Assembly (NCBI RefSeq): GCF_009914755.1
Contig: NC_060928.1
Length of the DNA stretch: 64,000 nucleotides
Direction: 5' to 3' (one strand)
Source: the human T2T-CHM13v2.0 reference genome, Homo sapiens
This document shows positions 1-13,632 of this stretch, one piece after another. Made by a program: the position numbers and the translations under genes. Below the pieces are notes generated by a model that saw only the letters and a list, made by a program, of their open reading frames with translations, searched no databases and was not told where the DNA came from. Positions within the stretch are counted from its first letter, which is position 1, and each line of letters begins with the position of its first letter.

Positions 1-2089
1 TTGGATGATTAAAGGATATTAAGTTTTCACAGCAACTAGAATGAAATAGACTATAATTACTAATCAGTCACTTACAATGTGGTTTTAAATGCTATTTAAT
101 GACCAGCATTAAACTCATTTTAATCACTCATTTTAACAACCTATTTCCAATGCTTCCTCACTTCTATTAGGAAAAACTTAAAATTTCTATTACTATGAAC
201 TTTATTCAAATCTAAGCCTAGAGGTTCATCTTAAAAGAGAGATCTGTATGCTTTGCATCATGGAAATCCTATTCTCCATTGACACTTAGAAGATAGACAA
301 CTGATTTTCAGTAAACCAAATGCGGCAATTGTGGTTCACAGTCATAAGCTATTAAAATATCATATCATCATCTAGGTGGCACTTTTAGGTACTTGCATGT
401 TCAAATTGTTTTATATTACAAAAATTCAGAAACTATTAATTTTTAAAAGCTATAAAAACTATCAATATAAAGCATTTATCTATCAATGCATTTTCTCAGT
501 TTGAAACTACTTAGCTGTAGTCATTATTTCTAGTTAACATAACAGTAGATTTCAGATGCTGTGGATGTAGAAACTAGAAAGACCATGGTTGCCTCTGCTT
601 CACTTCTTGCCTTCACTTTCCACACTAAGGTAGCAGCACAAGGAGGCCCAGCAATGCTACACCCTGATTACAAACATCCTGGAGCTCTTCTGGGGAGAAT
701 ATATGTTCTGGAAGATCCATTTGAAGTCATGCTATTTTTCTTTTGAAGTACAGACTTCTGTATGACAAATAACAAAGACAAATAAAGTTTTAACACTGCA
801 ATAGAAGCAGCAAAGTGTTCTAAATATATCTTCTGGCCTGTTATTCTTTTTTACCAAAATGGTTATGATGGAATAAAAGTCTTTGCGGTAGTGTGGTCTT
901 AAATCACCCACACTCTTCCTGTCTCATCGTCCTTGGGCTATGGCCATAACACTTTCATGCCTTTACTAGAAAAATATTTTCCTTTCCTAATTCTGTCCCT
1001 TAGGCATCATTTCCAAAGCTTCACATTTGCAGAAATGATTCCTTCTAAAAAAGAAATCTAATTAAATCATTTATAATATTCCCCTCACCCCTAAACAGCA
1101 GAATAACAAATTAACTCTGTGGTCTACCATACAGTTGATAGATGGGAAATAAAGATGTAGAGTCATTTATTTTAGCTGCAAACTTGGGAATGAAACACTG
1201 GTTGGGCTACAGGCTAAGAGTGTTCAGAGATGATAGTTTATAGGATGTGGGGAGACCCAGCATAGAAACGTCTACTTCTACGTCCAAAGGGATAGAATTC
1301 TCTGTCTTCCACCCCAAATCACACCAATAACCCAGAACTGAGAAATCTAACAATCAAAACATATGTTTGATTGGCTTTGAAAGATAAAATTAATGTTGCA
1401 TATGATGGCAAATTTCATAATCATCTTATTATGAGAGAATGAAATTAGTTAGCCAAAAAGTATGACAATAAGCCCATGAAAAATATATGATACAAAGAAA
1501 TGTAAATGATTTGCTAATTCAGTTACTGTTTATAAATAAAAAACTGAATGCCATAGTTTGTCACTTGTTTGCTGGATTTTATGATTACTTTAAATGTGAA
1601 GGTAAATGTTGGGATGGCTGATTAAGAAACACAGAAGTCTAATTGGTTTCATAGTTTATTGTTCTGTAGAATATAATTCTTATTATTCAAATCACAAACA
1701 CAGACAGACTTAGTTTCCTTGCCAAGAAAGTAACTTTTACATAATTGTTCAATCAACATTAAAATTCAAAATTCTCCCACTTGCTAGTTTATTTTGAAGT
1801 TTAGTTTAGAAATTATATTTTCTTATGGAGAAAATAAAAATGTTTTAATCCTTTTAAAAATACAATAAATATACTGAATACAAGCCTATCTATCATAGGT
1901 AAAAAGATAAACCAAAATACATGAAAATCCCACTAAAATTATAATAAATGTCAAAAAGCATTATTATTTGTGAAACAAGTGACCAAGGAACCATCACTGA
2001 GGGTTACCCAGGTTGAATTTACATAAGGGAAGAAATTGAACTAGGCTTTAAAGGAGGATTGGATGAAAAGGGTAGAAAGAGGAGATTAG

Positions 2090-2520
2090 ATGTGATGAGC
2101 AACGTAACGCCAAGGAATTTCAGTGGCTTAGCAGAGAAAAGTTTGTTTCTTGCTCTCATATCACAATACAAAGCTGGTGTTCTTAGTTGCTTTCCACTCT
2201 GTGGTTATGCAGAGACCAAGGCACCTTTCACTTATCACTCTGCTATCCTTTAGGACCTTATAATTGTTTGAAATAGGTAGAATAAGGGGGGAAAAGCACC
2301 TACAAAAAGAGGCATAGACTTCTTAAAAGCCTTGATATAGACCTGGCACACATAACTTCTACTCACATTCCGTGGATGAAAACTAGTCATGCAGCCACTC
2401 CTAAGTGCATAGGAAATGTAATCTCTGGCTAGACACTCACTTCCCAGTGACACAGAAAGAGAAACGCACATGTGTGAGTGTAAGCAACTAAATGTTGGTG
2501 TTACATTGGTCTCTGCCTTT
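2090..2520 (-). mobile_element. Old MaLR LTR remnant (MLT1J/K-like)
   Basis: Motifs 'atttcagtggcttagcagagaaaagtttgtttcttgctc' and 'acttctactcacattcc...ctagtcatg' resemble MLT1 LTRs; boundaries approximate. Confidence 0.5.
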
Positions 2521-2629
2521 GATTCTCTTTCCATTTCTGTCTGCATGCTCTTCCCCAAGAAAGAGAAATTGATTAATCTCCTAAATATAATAGTCTGTAT
2601 TCTTTTTAGCTAAGAATTTTCTGGAGATC

Positions 2630-3390
2630 GAGATCTATAAATCCACTGCTTGCTAAACCTATCTTTCCACTTGGGTATCCTACAGACATCTGAAATACAA
2701 TTTGTACAAATGGATATCACCAGCTTCTTTCCAAAGTCTGTTCTCAGGCCATATTTTCTATCCACTGAATGGATCCACCATCTTACTAATTGCTCAAGAC
2801 ATAAATGGTGAAGACATAGTTGACAACTTCCAATTTCTTGCCCTTTTTTGAAACCATGTGTCCTATCCTTCTTCTCATCCCTATTTCTTTATTTTTTCCA
2901 TGGATTACTGCAAGAACATTCTGACTGGCCTCCTTGATGTCATTCTAGGTGCCCTTCAATTCAACCATCATAATTTTCTCAGGGTGATATTTTCAAAATG
3001 TCTATCATATCTTGTTAATCTTCTGTTAAATCTCATAAGATAAAATTTTAACACTTAGCTTGGCACACCAAGTTCAGCCTCTACTTACTTTTTTAGTCTC
3101 TTTTTCCATTAGGTTCCAATGTGTTCACCTAGCTAGGGTAATTCCTAACTGCATGTTTCCATATATCCTTTCTTCTTTCAATAAAAGCTCTTCCTTCTCC
3201 TCCTTCTCCCTGCCTCTGCCAGCTGTTCAAGGATCTGCCCATCTCAAGGATCATTTCTCCTAGGAAGTGTTACCCTACCATACATCCTGAGATTGGGGTA
3301 GTGTGCTCACCCCAGTGCCTACTGACTTTTTCCTTATTGCTCTCCTATGACTATGTCATAGAGGGTGTTTACTTGTTTGTCTCCTGATTC
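2630..3390 (+). mobile_element. L2 (LINE-2) 3' region, degraded
   Basis: 'tccacttgggtatcctacagacatctgaaatacaatttgtacaaa' and 'ccatggattactgcaagaacattctgactggcctcc' resemble the L2 consensus. Confidence 0.55.
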
Positions 3391-3394
3391 TGAA

Positions 3395-3531
3395 CCCATT
3401 AGAATATCCTAGGAAATTTTAAGAAATACCAATGAGCAGCTCTCATTCCACGTCAATGAAATCAGAATCTTCAGAATGTTTTAAAGGCTTTACTAGTGAT
3501 TCTAATGTGCAGCCACGGGTAAAAACTACTG
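3395..3531. mobile_element. MER5-family hAT MITE
   Basis: 'ttagaatatcctagg...aaatcagaatc...gtgattctaatgtgcagccacgggtaaaaactactg'. Confidence 0.6.
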
Positions 3532-6056
3532 CTGAAGGTAATTAAACATTGGGCACTGCTATAAGGCATTAACTAATGAAAGACTCATGAAAAAGAGGAA
3601 GAGAGAACAAAAGAGGGAGGAATGAAGGAAAGAAGGGAGAACATTTATTAAAACTAGATTACAGAAGAGGAAGAATGGAAATAAATATTTACTAAATACT
3701 TAGTCCCAGGTATTATATTGCATGATTTAAATATTGTACTAAATAATTTGAAGTTTATCACAGCCAATGGCAAAACCCTTCAGTATTTCTTGAACTCCCT
3801 TAAATATTACACTGAAATAATCATTTTGGCTTTAAAAACACGAATTAGTGATGGTGTACTAGATGAATTCAAACAGAGTACAAATAGAATGAAACCAGCA
3901 AAAAGTATTAAAAGCTTAATAATAGTATTAATTGAATCAGAATGATAACATAGATTGTTTTTTATTAATAAATGAGTTTATTCTTCCCCAGTATGCATTT
4001 CACCAAAGTCTTTTTAACACCAATTTATATGCATGTCTTTGTCTCACCCAGTTCTTATGTGTAGTGGCACATGCATTTACATTTGTCTCTAAAAGTTTGT
4101 AAGCAACTGTGCAGATTAAGTAGATGGAGTAATATCATTGTTGCCTCATGCGAGCACGAGTCCTGCAGGTGAAATAGGTTGGAATGGTATATACTGAGAA
4201 AGCAAACACTTGAAATGGAACAATAAAAAAGTAAAAATAAAAGAAAAGAAAATTTTAAAGTGTTTCTGATTTCAGTAAGACATATGATATTTAAATATTA
4301 ATTTTAAAATTCCGGAAAGATGATTGGCATTTAATATTTGTTGAGTTGCTATTTCAAATCTTTTCTAATGTTTTAGGTTGATTAATTTAAAGGTCAAAAG
4401 AAATCAATGTTGATATGTTCAAACACAAAGCCTGAAGCCTGTATCCAACAAATTATAAACGTCTAAGTAGATAAAAAGAATATATAAAATATTGATATTA
4501 TGAGGAAATGACTATTGGACCTCAACTACAGCTTGCTCTTTATTTCAAATTCTCTAACTGATAGTAATAAAAACCACAATATTCTACTGTTGAGCCACTG
4601 GATCAAAGCTGAAAGCCATTCTACCATAGGACTTTCCAGATAAGAGATAAGGGAACATATGACTCCCCTGTTTGTTGAATCCACACTGAGCTGTGGTTTT
4701 TGACACTTGCTACCCAATTGCTTCCTGCAAATTCTGAACAGATACTATAAATACTTTTTATTCCAGCCTCATGATGGTGTTGATATTCTCAATAGTCACA
4801 TCTAATTATAAAGCTGGCTCTCTTTGTACATAAAAGTGGAGGGAGATCTAATAATTCAAATACAAATAACTCTTTCAGTGGTCAGAATGATCAAGGCATG
4901 GCTACTTTATTTAAAAGTAAGTTAATTTGGCAGTTATCATATGCTAATATTTCCCTGCCATTTTTCAAAGTAAAGGTAGAGACATATTTGCTTTTCCCAT
5001 GGTTGATTCAATTAATGAAATATATAAAATCTTCAACACAAGGAAATAAAGAGATGAAATGTCAGGTTGTACTGGAAATGTAGAAGTATGCTAAATAAAT
5101 AATAAATATGGTGTATTTACTATCCAGCATATTTGTTTACCAAGGAAAGAGACATATGTATTTGCATATATATTACATTCTTCAACTCAGAGCCTTATTA
5201 TTTCTGTAAGTGTGTGATCACCAGTATTCCTGCAGCAATATCCCAAGAATGCTTAAAGCTGGGAAACAGATAAATCTGTATGTTGGATGGATTTTGAAAA
5301 ATCAGAGTTTCTGTTGACTTCTGCTTAAGCAAATTTCTTTCTAATATTATTCCCAATAAAAATGCCACTTAGATCCTTATTTTTCTTTTTCTATTGTTTG
5401 CTGAATTCACACATTATATAACTGACTTCCCTAAATGTTTATACAACATACCTAGATATAGAAGTATCTTTAAATTCATTTCCTTCTTTTCTGAAATGAC
5501 ATGACATTTAGGGAAGATATATCTAATTATTATCTATTATGAATACCTTCATTAAACCTCAGCAAAATATTGTCAAAAATAAGTATAAAATTTCAATTTC
5601 ATACATAGTTTTAGGTTATATCTATTAGACAGCCTACAAAATAGGAAAAGGTGATGCTAGCTTATTTTTTTCTTTTTTGTTACCCAAAAGAAAGATACAA
5701 AGAATGACCAGTTATGTTTAAAAGAAAAACAAAGAAGCCAGTGATTTGACTACTTCTGCTCTCTGTTATCCATCCACTACCTGCACTGGACAACCTCCTG
5801 AGCTTACCAGATTGTCTACCGGAGGAAGCTGTTTCATTAACTATCCTTTTAATTATGCAAATGCAATGTAAATATATGACAATGTATGGGATTCAATACA
5901 AAATACACTAGAACCTTCCTCAGGCTTAATCATTTATCTTGAAACACTTGGGAATAGCTCTCGGAGGTCTGACTTAGGGGTAAGGTAGAGGTTGAAAGAA
6001 CAGTTTTGTGTGGTAGTATTGGGTCCCCTCAGAACACAGCAATCTGAGGTTACCTC

Positions 6057-6385
<329 letters not shown>

Positions 6386-8825
6386 TTTTTTTTTTTTATT
6401 AATTGATGAATTTGTGACTCATCACTGTGCCCAAATAAACAGAATAATGGACTTTTATTCATAACTTGAGTGGGTCTCACCACAGAGTTTTCCTCTGCCT
6501 TGAAAGCTGCTTCTGTAGAGCTTCTCTTTGCTCACTGCTGTTCATCATCCACAGTCCGGAAACCCCTGGACACCTCAAATGGCAACCCCTGCATCCAGCA
6601 CTTCTATTCCCTTACTCTTCTTGCTTTTTTTCACGGTAGTAAGTACTACCTGAAGTTATTTGACTCATTTTTTTCCTTGGCTATTGTCTGTCTCCCACGA
6701 TTAGAATGTGGGCTACAGGGGAGCAAGTATGTTATGTGGTCCAATTTTTACAGCGCTGAAACCTCCACATCTGTGGTTTCAGGAGATCTCATATTCCTCC
6801 AAGATTCTAGCAGTCAAGACCATCTGAGACTGCCTCTAGCACAATGACTAGAGGCATTCTCTAGTCAGTTAGAAAAGCTACCTTCTATGGGTAAATTTTT
6901 CACAAAGGCATCCCCTTTTGGTGAGATGACCCCACGGACACAAAGCTCGGGAAGCAACATGAGCTGTTGAACAGAGTAAAAAAGTGTACCTCTTCCTCTG
7001 GGCATTCCCCATGCTAGGATGCTCCACTGGTTGGGGAATCTGCACAATCGCATAAGCAGTGGCTGTGGTCCTATGCTTGCTACAGCTGCCATTATCGCCA
7101 AGACATTCGGACATTGTAGGGAGTTAGGGAATCACATTCAAACTTAGAGAAGGAAGCCAGTTGTAGTGGTGGAACCTAGGTCCACACTTAACCTCTCCCT
7201 CATCCCCAACTCTGGTAATGACAAGAACTGTGTCCTATTCCCTTCTGATTCACCATTGCCTAGCACAGCATCCCAAAGTGTTAAAGAAATATAATTTGAT
7301 GTTGTTAAAGGGAGGATTGAGGTGAGGGAAGTAGGGTCAATGCAGAAAACAAAAAGAAAGGAATAGAGAAAGACAGGAAGAACATGAGTAAATGTAGGGT
7401 CCCGTAGACATTAAAAGGACTTGACTTGCTTACAGGGAAATGTATTAGAACTTCCTCAAATAATCACACAGCCTCAGGTGTCCCTGGTCTTGAGAATCAT
7501 CAACACAGCTTTATTGAGTGATTCATCAATGGCAGCCTTGCTCTAAGCTCTGGTGATTACATTCTGATGTTATTCATTCGGGCACCCACACCCCATTTGC
7601 CTCTGCATCTTTACGGTTATTTTTTTATCCCAAGGCCGAAGACCATTTGGACACACTTCTATCAAATCCTGGCGGTCTCCTTCTAACAGGTATGCAGTTT
7701 TCTCTGTAGACCCTTAATACACAGATAAGACTTGAAGGAATTTATCTGCATTCCCTGATTGGTGTGGCAATGGAAGTCCCGCCCTGCATCCCGACACTGA
7801 GCACAGCTGCAGCTTTCGCTTGTTCATTCATTCAGTAGATATTATTTTCATGCCTACTCTATGCCAAGCACTGCTGTTCTTTGAAATAAACCTTCGCCTC
7901 ACCTCTCACCAGTCTTCTGATATATGAGAGTGTCTTTATCAATGGCCACCCTCCCTGAGGCTCAGTCCTCACAGCACTTTGTGGACTCCTGCCGTTCCCC
8001 TGAGCATGGTGCTGGCCTGTGTTACCTAGGCCTATTTCTCTGCACCTGTTTAACTGTATCTACTCTTTGTCTCATTCCTTACAGCCTCCATGCAAGGGTT
8101 GTATAAAGAAGATACATTCTTTATACACCCACCACATTATTTCTTTTTTCTGAAAATATTACTAAGTGCTACTTTTGCTGTGTATGACTAAAATGTTAGT
8201 CAGCACCTCTGTATAGTTACAGATTTGGAAAGAAATATTGTTCTACTTTGGGAAATGAAAATCAGGTTGAAATATTTAGAAGATTTTGTAGCATTTGATA
8301 TTGACCCGAGCATAAAAGATTGGATTGGTGTTGTTTTTAGAAAAGCATCGTTAAAGAAAAACTGAAAATATGTTTAAAAAAAAGAAATACCAATATGAAA
8401 TTAGAATGCAAGACTATGTTACCCATAAGTATAAACTTTACTTTAAATATTGCTTTGAACTATACTGCTATCCATGTTTGACATGAACCGATTTGTCAAT
8501 CGAATGACATAATGCTTGCTCTTTTATATCAACTTTCACATAGAAGGAAGGAAAACCATACCTTTTTGAATTACTCTATTACAGATACATATGATCCAAA
8601 TGATTGGTTTAACTTACAAAGAAATTTTAAGATGTGACACACCTGATACATGATTAGAAGCGTCTCAAAATCCAGAGAAACTGAGGTACTGTGGTGCACC
8701 CTGAAGCAGATTTTGAATTTCCTTTAAATGCTAGTAGTTCATAGAAGAAATCAAGAATCAATTTAAATTGAATATATAAAAGACATTTCAACACATTACA
8801 CTGAAACAGAAGAAATGCCAACTCT

Positions 8826-9132
8826 TTTTTTGTTTTGTTTTTGAGACAGAGTCTCGCTTGGATGCCCAAGCTGGAGTGCTGGAGTGCAGTGGTATGATCT
8901 TGGCTCACTGCAATCTCCACCTCCCGGGTTCAAGCGATTCTTGTGCCTCAGCCTCCTGAGTAGCTGGGACTACCAGTGTGCGCCACCACCCCTGACTAAT
9001 TTTTGTATTTTAGTAGAGATGGGTTTTCACCGTGTTGGCCAGGCTGGTTTCAAACTCCTGACCTCAAGTAATCCACCCGCCTCGGCCTCCCAAAGTGCTG
9101 GGATTACAGGCGCAAGCCACTGTGCCCTGATC
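8826..9132 (-). mobile_element. AluS SINE
   Basis: Full dimeric Alu on the minus strand; 'aactc(t/c)ttt' on both flanks as probable TSD; small internal duplication ggagtgctggagtgca. Confidence 0.92.
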
Positions 9133-9280
9133 AACTCCTTTCATTAAGAGCAATTATGTGTTTAATTATGTCTAGTTTTATAAAGACAACAAATTATTCA
9201 AAGGACTCACGAGGGAAGGGATTATGTTATTCATCCTTGCACCGTCCGCATGCACCCACATGAGTTACATCCCTGGTTCT

Positions 9281-10535
9281 TCTATTACTCTGTTCTGATG
9301 CTGCTATGAAGAAATGCCCAAGACTGAGTAATTTATAAAGGAAAAAGGTTTAATTGCCTGACAGTTCCACATTGCTGGGGAGGCCTCAGGAACCTTACAA
9401 TCATGGCAGAAAGAGAAGAAAACACGTTCTTCTTCAGATGGCAGAAACAAGGAGAAGTGCCTAGCAAAAGGAGGAAAATTTCCTCATAAAACTATCAGAT
9501 CTCTTGAGAACTCACTCACTATCACTAGAACAGCATGGAGATAACCACCCTTGGGTCTCTCCCACAACATGTGGGGATTATGGGAACTACAGTTCAAGAT
9601 GAGATTTGGTGGTGGGGGGACAGAGCCAAACCATATTATTCTGCCCCTGACCCCTCCCAAATCTCAGGTCCTCACATTTCAAAATACAATCATGCCCTAC
9701 CAACAGTCCTCAAAAGTCTTAACTCATTCCAGCATTAACACAAAACTCCAAGTCCAAAATCTCATTTGAGACAAGGCAAGTTCCTTCTGCTTATGAGCTT
9801 ATAAAATCAAAAGCAAGTTCGTTACTTCCTAGATACAACGGGGATACAGGCATTGGGTAAATACACCCATTTCAAATGGGAGAAATTGGCCAAAACTAAG
9901 AGGCTACAGGCCCCATACAAGTCCGAAATCTGATGGGACAATCATTAAACCTTAAAGTTCCAAAATGATCTCCTTTGACTCCTTGTCTCACATCCAGGTC
10001 ATGCTAACTCAAGAGGTGTTCAGCAGCCTTGGGCAGCTCCACCCCTGTGGCTTTGCAGGGTACAGCCCCGGCTTCTGGCTGCTTTCAAAGGCTGGTGTTG
10101 AGTGCCTGTGGCTTTTGCAGGTGCACAGTGCAAGCTGTCAGTGGATCTACCATTCTTGGGTCTGGAGGACTTTGGCCCTCCTCTCACGGCTCCATTAGGC
10201 AGTGACCCTGTGGGGACTCTGTGTGGGAGCTTCAATCCCACATTTCCCTTCTGCACTGCACTGGTTCTCCATGCCCCTGCATGAAACGTCTGCCTGGACA
10301 TTCAGGCATTTCCATACATCCTCTGAAATCTAGGCAGAGGATCCCAAATCTCGATTCTTGACTTCTGTGCACTGGCAGTCTCACACCATGTGGTAGCTGC
10401 CAAGGCTTAGGGCTTGCACACTCTGAAGCCATGGCCTGAGCTGTAACTTGACCCCATTTAGCCATGGCTGGAGCGGCTGGGACCCAGGGGTCCAAGTCCC
10501 TATGCTGCACACAGTAGGAGGGCCCTGGGCCTGGC
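9281..10535 (-). mobile_element. Truncated THE1 (MaLR): 3' LTR 9281-9638 plus ~900 bp of internal region
   Basis: LTR 'tctattactctgttc...agagccaaaccatatta', then THE1 internal sequence; minus-strand ORFs 10020-10301 and 10232-10510 resemble MaLR ORF peptides (WRTSAVQKGNVG, AMAKWGQ); stops abruptly at 10535. Confidence 0.88.
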
Positions 10536-10597
10536 TGTTTAAAATAATATTGTATTTATTTACATGAAAATGTCTTCACATTGTATTGTTAAACTTA

Positions 10598-10969
<372 letters not shown>

Positions 10970-11076
10970 TTATATATTCTAAATTTAGATTATATATATA
11001 ATTTTAAAAATAATACACATTGGAAAAATATATTATCCCTAGTTTTTCAACATTTTTACAAACAATTCAATTAAAT

Positions 11077-11168
11077 TTTAGTGATATTCTGAGGTATACA
11101 TTCCTAGTTATGTGCTAGAATATTTAGTGATATTCTGAGGTATACATTCCTAATTATGTGCTAGGATA
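11077..11168. repeat. 46-bp tandem duplication (2 copies)
   Basis: tttagtgatattctgaggtatacattcctagttatgtgctagaata at 11077, repeated at 11123 with 2 mismatches. Confidence 0.92.
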
Positions 11169-11259
11169 AACTACTGTAAGTGGAATTACTGGATCAAACA
11201 GTTTCTCTTCTCCTTCTTCTTATTCTCTTCTTCTTCTTCTTCATAATTTCTTGTTTGCA

Positions 11260-12560
11260 GAGAGATCGTAATCAAATAACCTCATTACTAAATATGTATT
11301 TACAAAGAAAATGATCACTCTGATGCAAAGTAATGTTTTGCAAGAGCAAATAATGAAAAGAATTTAGGACTTACACAGATGTTCTTCCAGTGTGTACAAG
11401 GCCCTGTGGCAGAACAGACCATGGCTTTTTGAGAAGCTGAAAGAGGGCTGAGTGAGAGTTGCTCAGAAAGAAGCATGCAGAGTGTTATGATGTATGTCTA
11501 GAGAGATGCATGGAAACCAGATCATGCAGTGGCTTCTGGGCCATGTTAAGGGTTTTGTTCTTTATTCTAAAAGCAACAAGAAGTCCATTATGAATTTTAA
11601 GCTGATGTCTTGGGGCATTCGACATATGAGAATGGTATTTCAAAAAGCTTACTCCTGCTGCAATGCAAACTACTTTGGGGAAAGTTTAGAATGGCAGATG
11701 TGGACACCAATTCATAGTGAATGTATTTGATTCATATTTAGAAAGCAAATTGACAAAACAAGGTGAAAGACTGGATATGGGAAGTGAGGGAGAAGGAGAT
11801 ATCAATGTTGATGACTGGAATTTTACTTTATGGAATTAGATGGATACTAATCCAATGACTCAAATATGGAATATAGGATGAAATCTATTGTTAAGTAGGT
11901 AATTGTATGAAAGGAAGAGTCTGGAGCTCAGGGGAGAGGATTGGACTAGAGATAGATTTGTGTGGGAGTGTTAGGTGTACAGACAGTGATTGAGTCTATG
12001 GGAGTTGATGAGATTGCCCAAGGACTGAATAGAAAGGGACACATGAAGAGAATCTTGGCTTGAATCTTGAGGACATCCAACATTTACTGACTGAATAAAG
12101 AAGAAAAGGCCAGTAAAGAAGATGGAGAAAGAGAGCAGGAAAAGAAAATGACAAAAGTGTTCTGAGTAATAAAGACTATAAAGAGGTGAAAAAATGATGA
12201 TGGAAAATGGAAATAGAATTTAAATCCATGAATATTACTGATGACCTAGTTGCATAGCCCTTCAGGAGAGATAAAAAGAGAAGTCTGATTGGTATTACTG
12301 GGAAGTGAGTGAGAGTTGAGAAAATAGTGCATGGAGATAATTAGTAGAAGAAATTTGGTTGGGAACATAGGAGGAGAAACACAGTATCTGGAGCATTATA
12401 TGGGTTCTTATTTATGTATTAACTTCAGATCAAGATATTTGATTAAGCTTATTATTTACTATAAGGAACAAATTAATGTCAAATAGAGAAAGAAAAATTG
12501 ATAATATGAGGAGCCTGGGGAGACTCCACAGTACAGGAAAGGCATTGGTCTTAGAAAGAG
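11260..12560 (-). mobile_element. L2 (LINE-2) fragment
   Basis: Purine-rich antisense L2 motifs: 'ggccatgttaagggttttgttctttattctaaaagcaa', 'gagtctggagctcaggggagagg', 'gatgagattgcccaagga'. Confidence 0.7.
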
Positions 12561-13489
12561 AGGCAATTCAGTGTTTTGCTTTGGAAGCCTCTCTTCACAT
12601 ATGTATTATATATTGCAGCTGACTCTATATTAACAGTTGTATCTCCTTAAGCTGTGATTCTATTACTTCTTAAATCTTTAATGCCGTCAAGGTTAGAAAC
12701 TCAGAAAAATAGATGTAAAAAATCCACAGAAATTTTTTGGAATTTTCTATCCATGTATTACACTTTTCACTTGGGGATTTAGTAGTTATCTTACAGGCAG
12801 AATAAGTTACTGCTCAGAAACTTTTAGTTTAGTTTAGTTTTTAATCTTTGGTCAACCACAGTTAATCTCAGACTTAGATACACACAGAAGTTACTAAGTG
12901 AGATTGTGTACATCCCATCACACCCTCCACAACACCACATATTTGGTTTTTCATTTTTGTCAGCTTGACGGACACTTTCTCATCTTCACTTCGATTAATC
13001 CCGTTTTTTTCCACTTTAACACAGAATTTAGAGTGGAAGAAACTTTAAATATCTTTTGTTTTACTTCTAAGTAATAGTTAACATTTCCAGTTCTTCCTTA
13101 TGTTGAATCAATAAGAATGAAATGTTTTAGCCTTGGCCAGAGTGGCCCCATATTTTATCCTCTTAGCACGTACCTGTCCTGTAGAGAAAAAATGTTTTAA
13201 AAATATAACACGTTCATTTAAAAAAATCACAAATTTCCTTAGAAAATTCTGTATATTTTATGAAGAACTTTGAAATCATCATGTCCTATTCATATTTTTA
13301 TCCCTAATGCCTAGTGATATTCAACAATGTGTGTTAAACATATCAGTGAATGAATGAATGGTTTGTGAATTGTTGTGTCTAAATTGACATGGTTCTTGAA
13401 AAATGAACATGATGGTATTATTTCAAACTATTATTTTAATTGACCACTAATATAAATACTTAAAATATAAAATCATTCATTCTTACAAT

Positions 13490-13632
13490 ATTCTGAAGAT
13501 ATTATTAATCCCATTGGAAAAATGAGAAAATTGAGGCCTAGAGGATTTATGTAAGCAGTGCTAGTTTATTCAGATAGTAACAGGGGAATCTGGAAGTCGA
13601 TTGTATATCTGACTCCAAAGTACATGTTCTTT
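13490..13632 (-). mobile_element. MIR SINE
   Basis: 'atcccattggaaaaatgagaaaattgaggcctagagg...tctgactccaaag'. Confidence 0.6.

Noticed and set aside
5855-5862. Octamer ATGCAAAT (also near 44308 and 63001)
   Set aside because: Isolated AT-rich 8-mers at about chance frequency; no proper adjacent Sox site
6470-6847. 125-aa ORF (and the 135-aa ORF at 16066-16473)
   Set aside because: GTG starts, no recognisable domain and no supporting exon structure; the first overlaps L2-like sequence; lengths are compatible with chance
6831-6856. Perfect 9-bp hairpin tgcctctag-N8-ctagaggca
   Set aside because: Stems this short are expected by chance in 64 kb, and it has no supporting context
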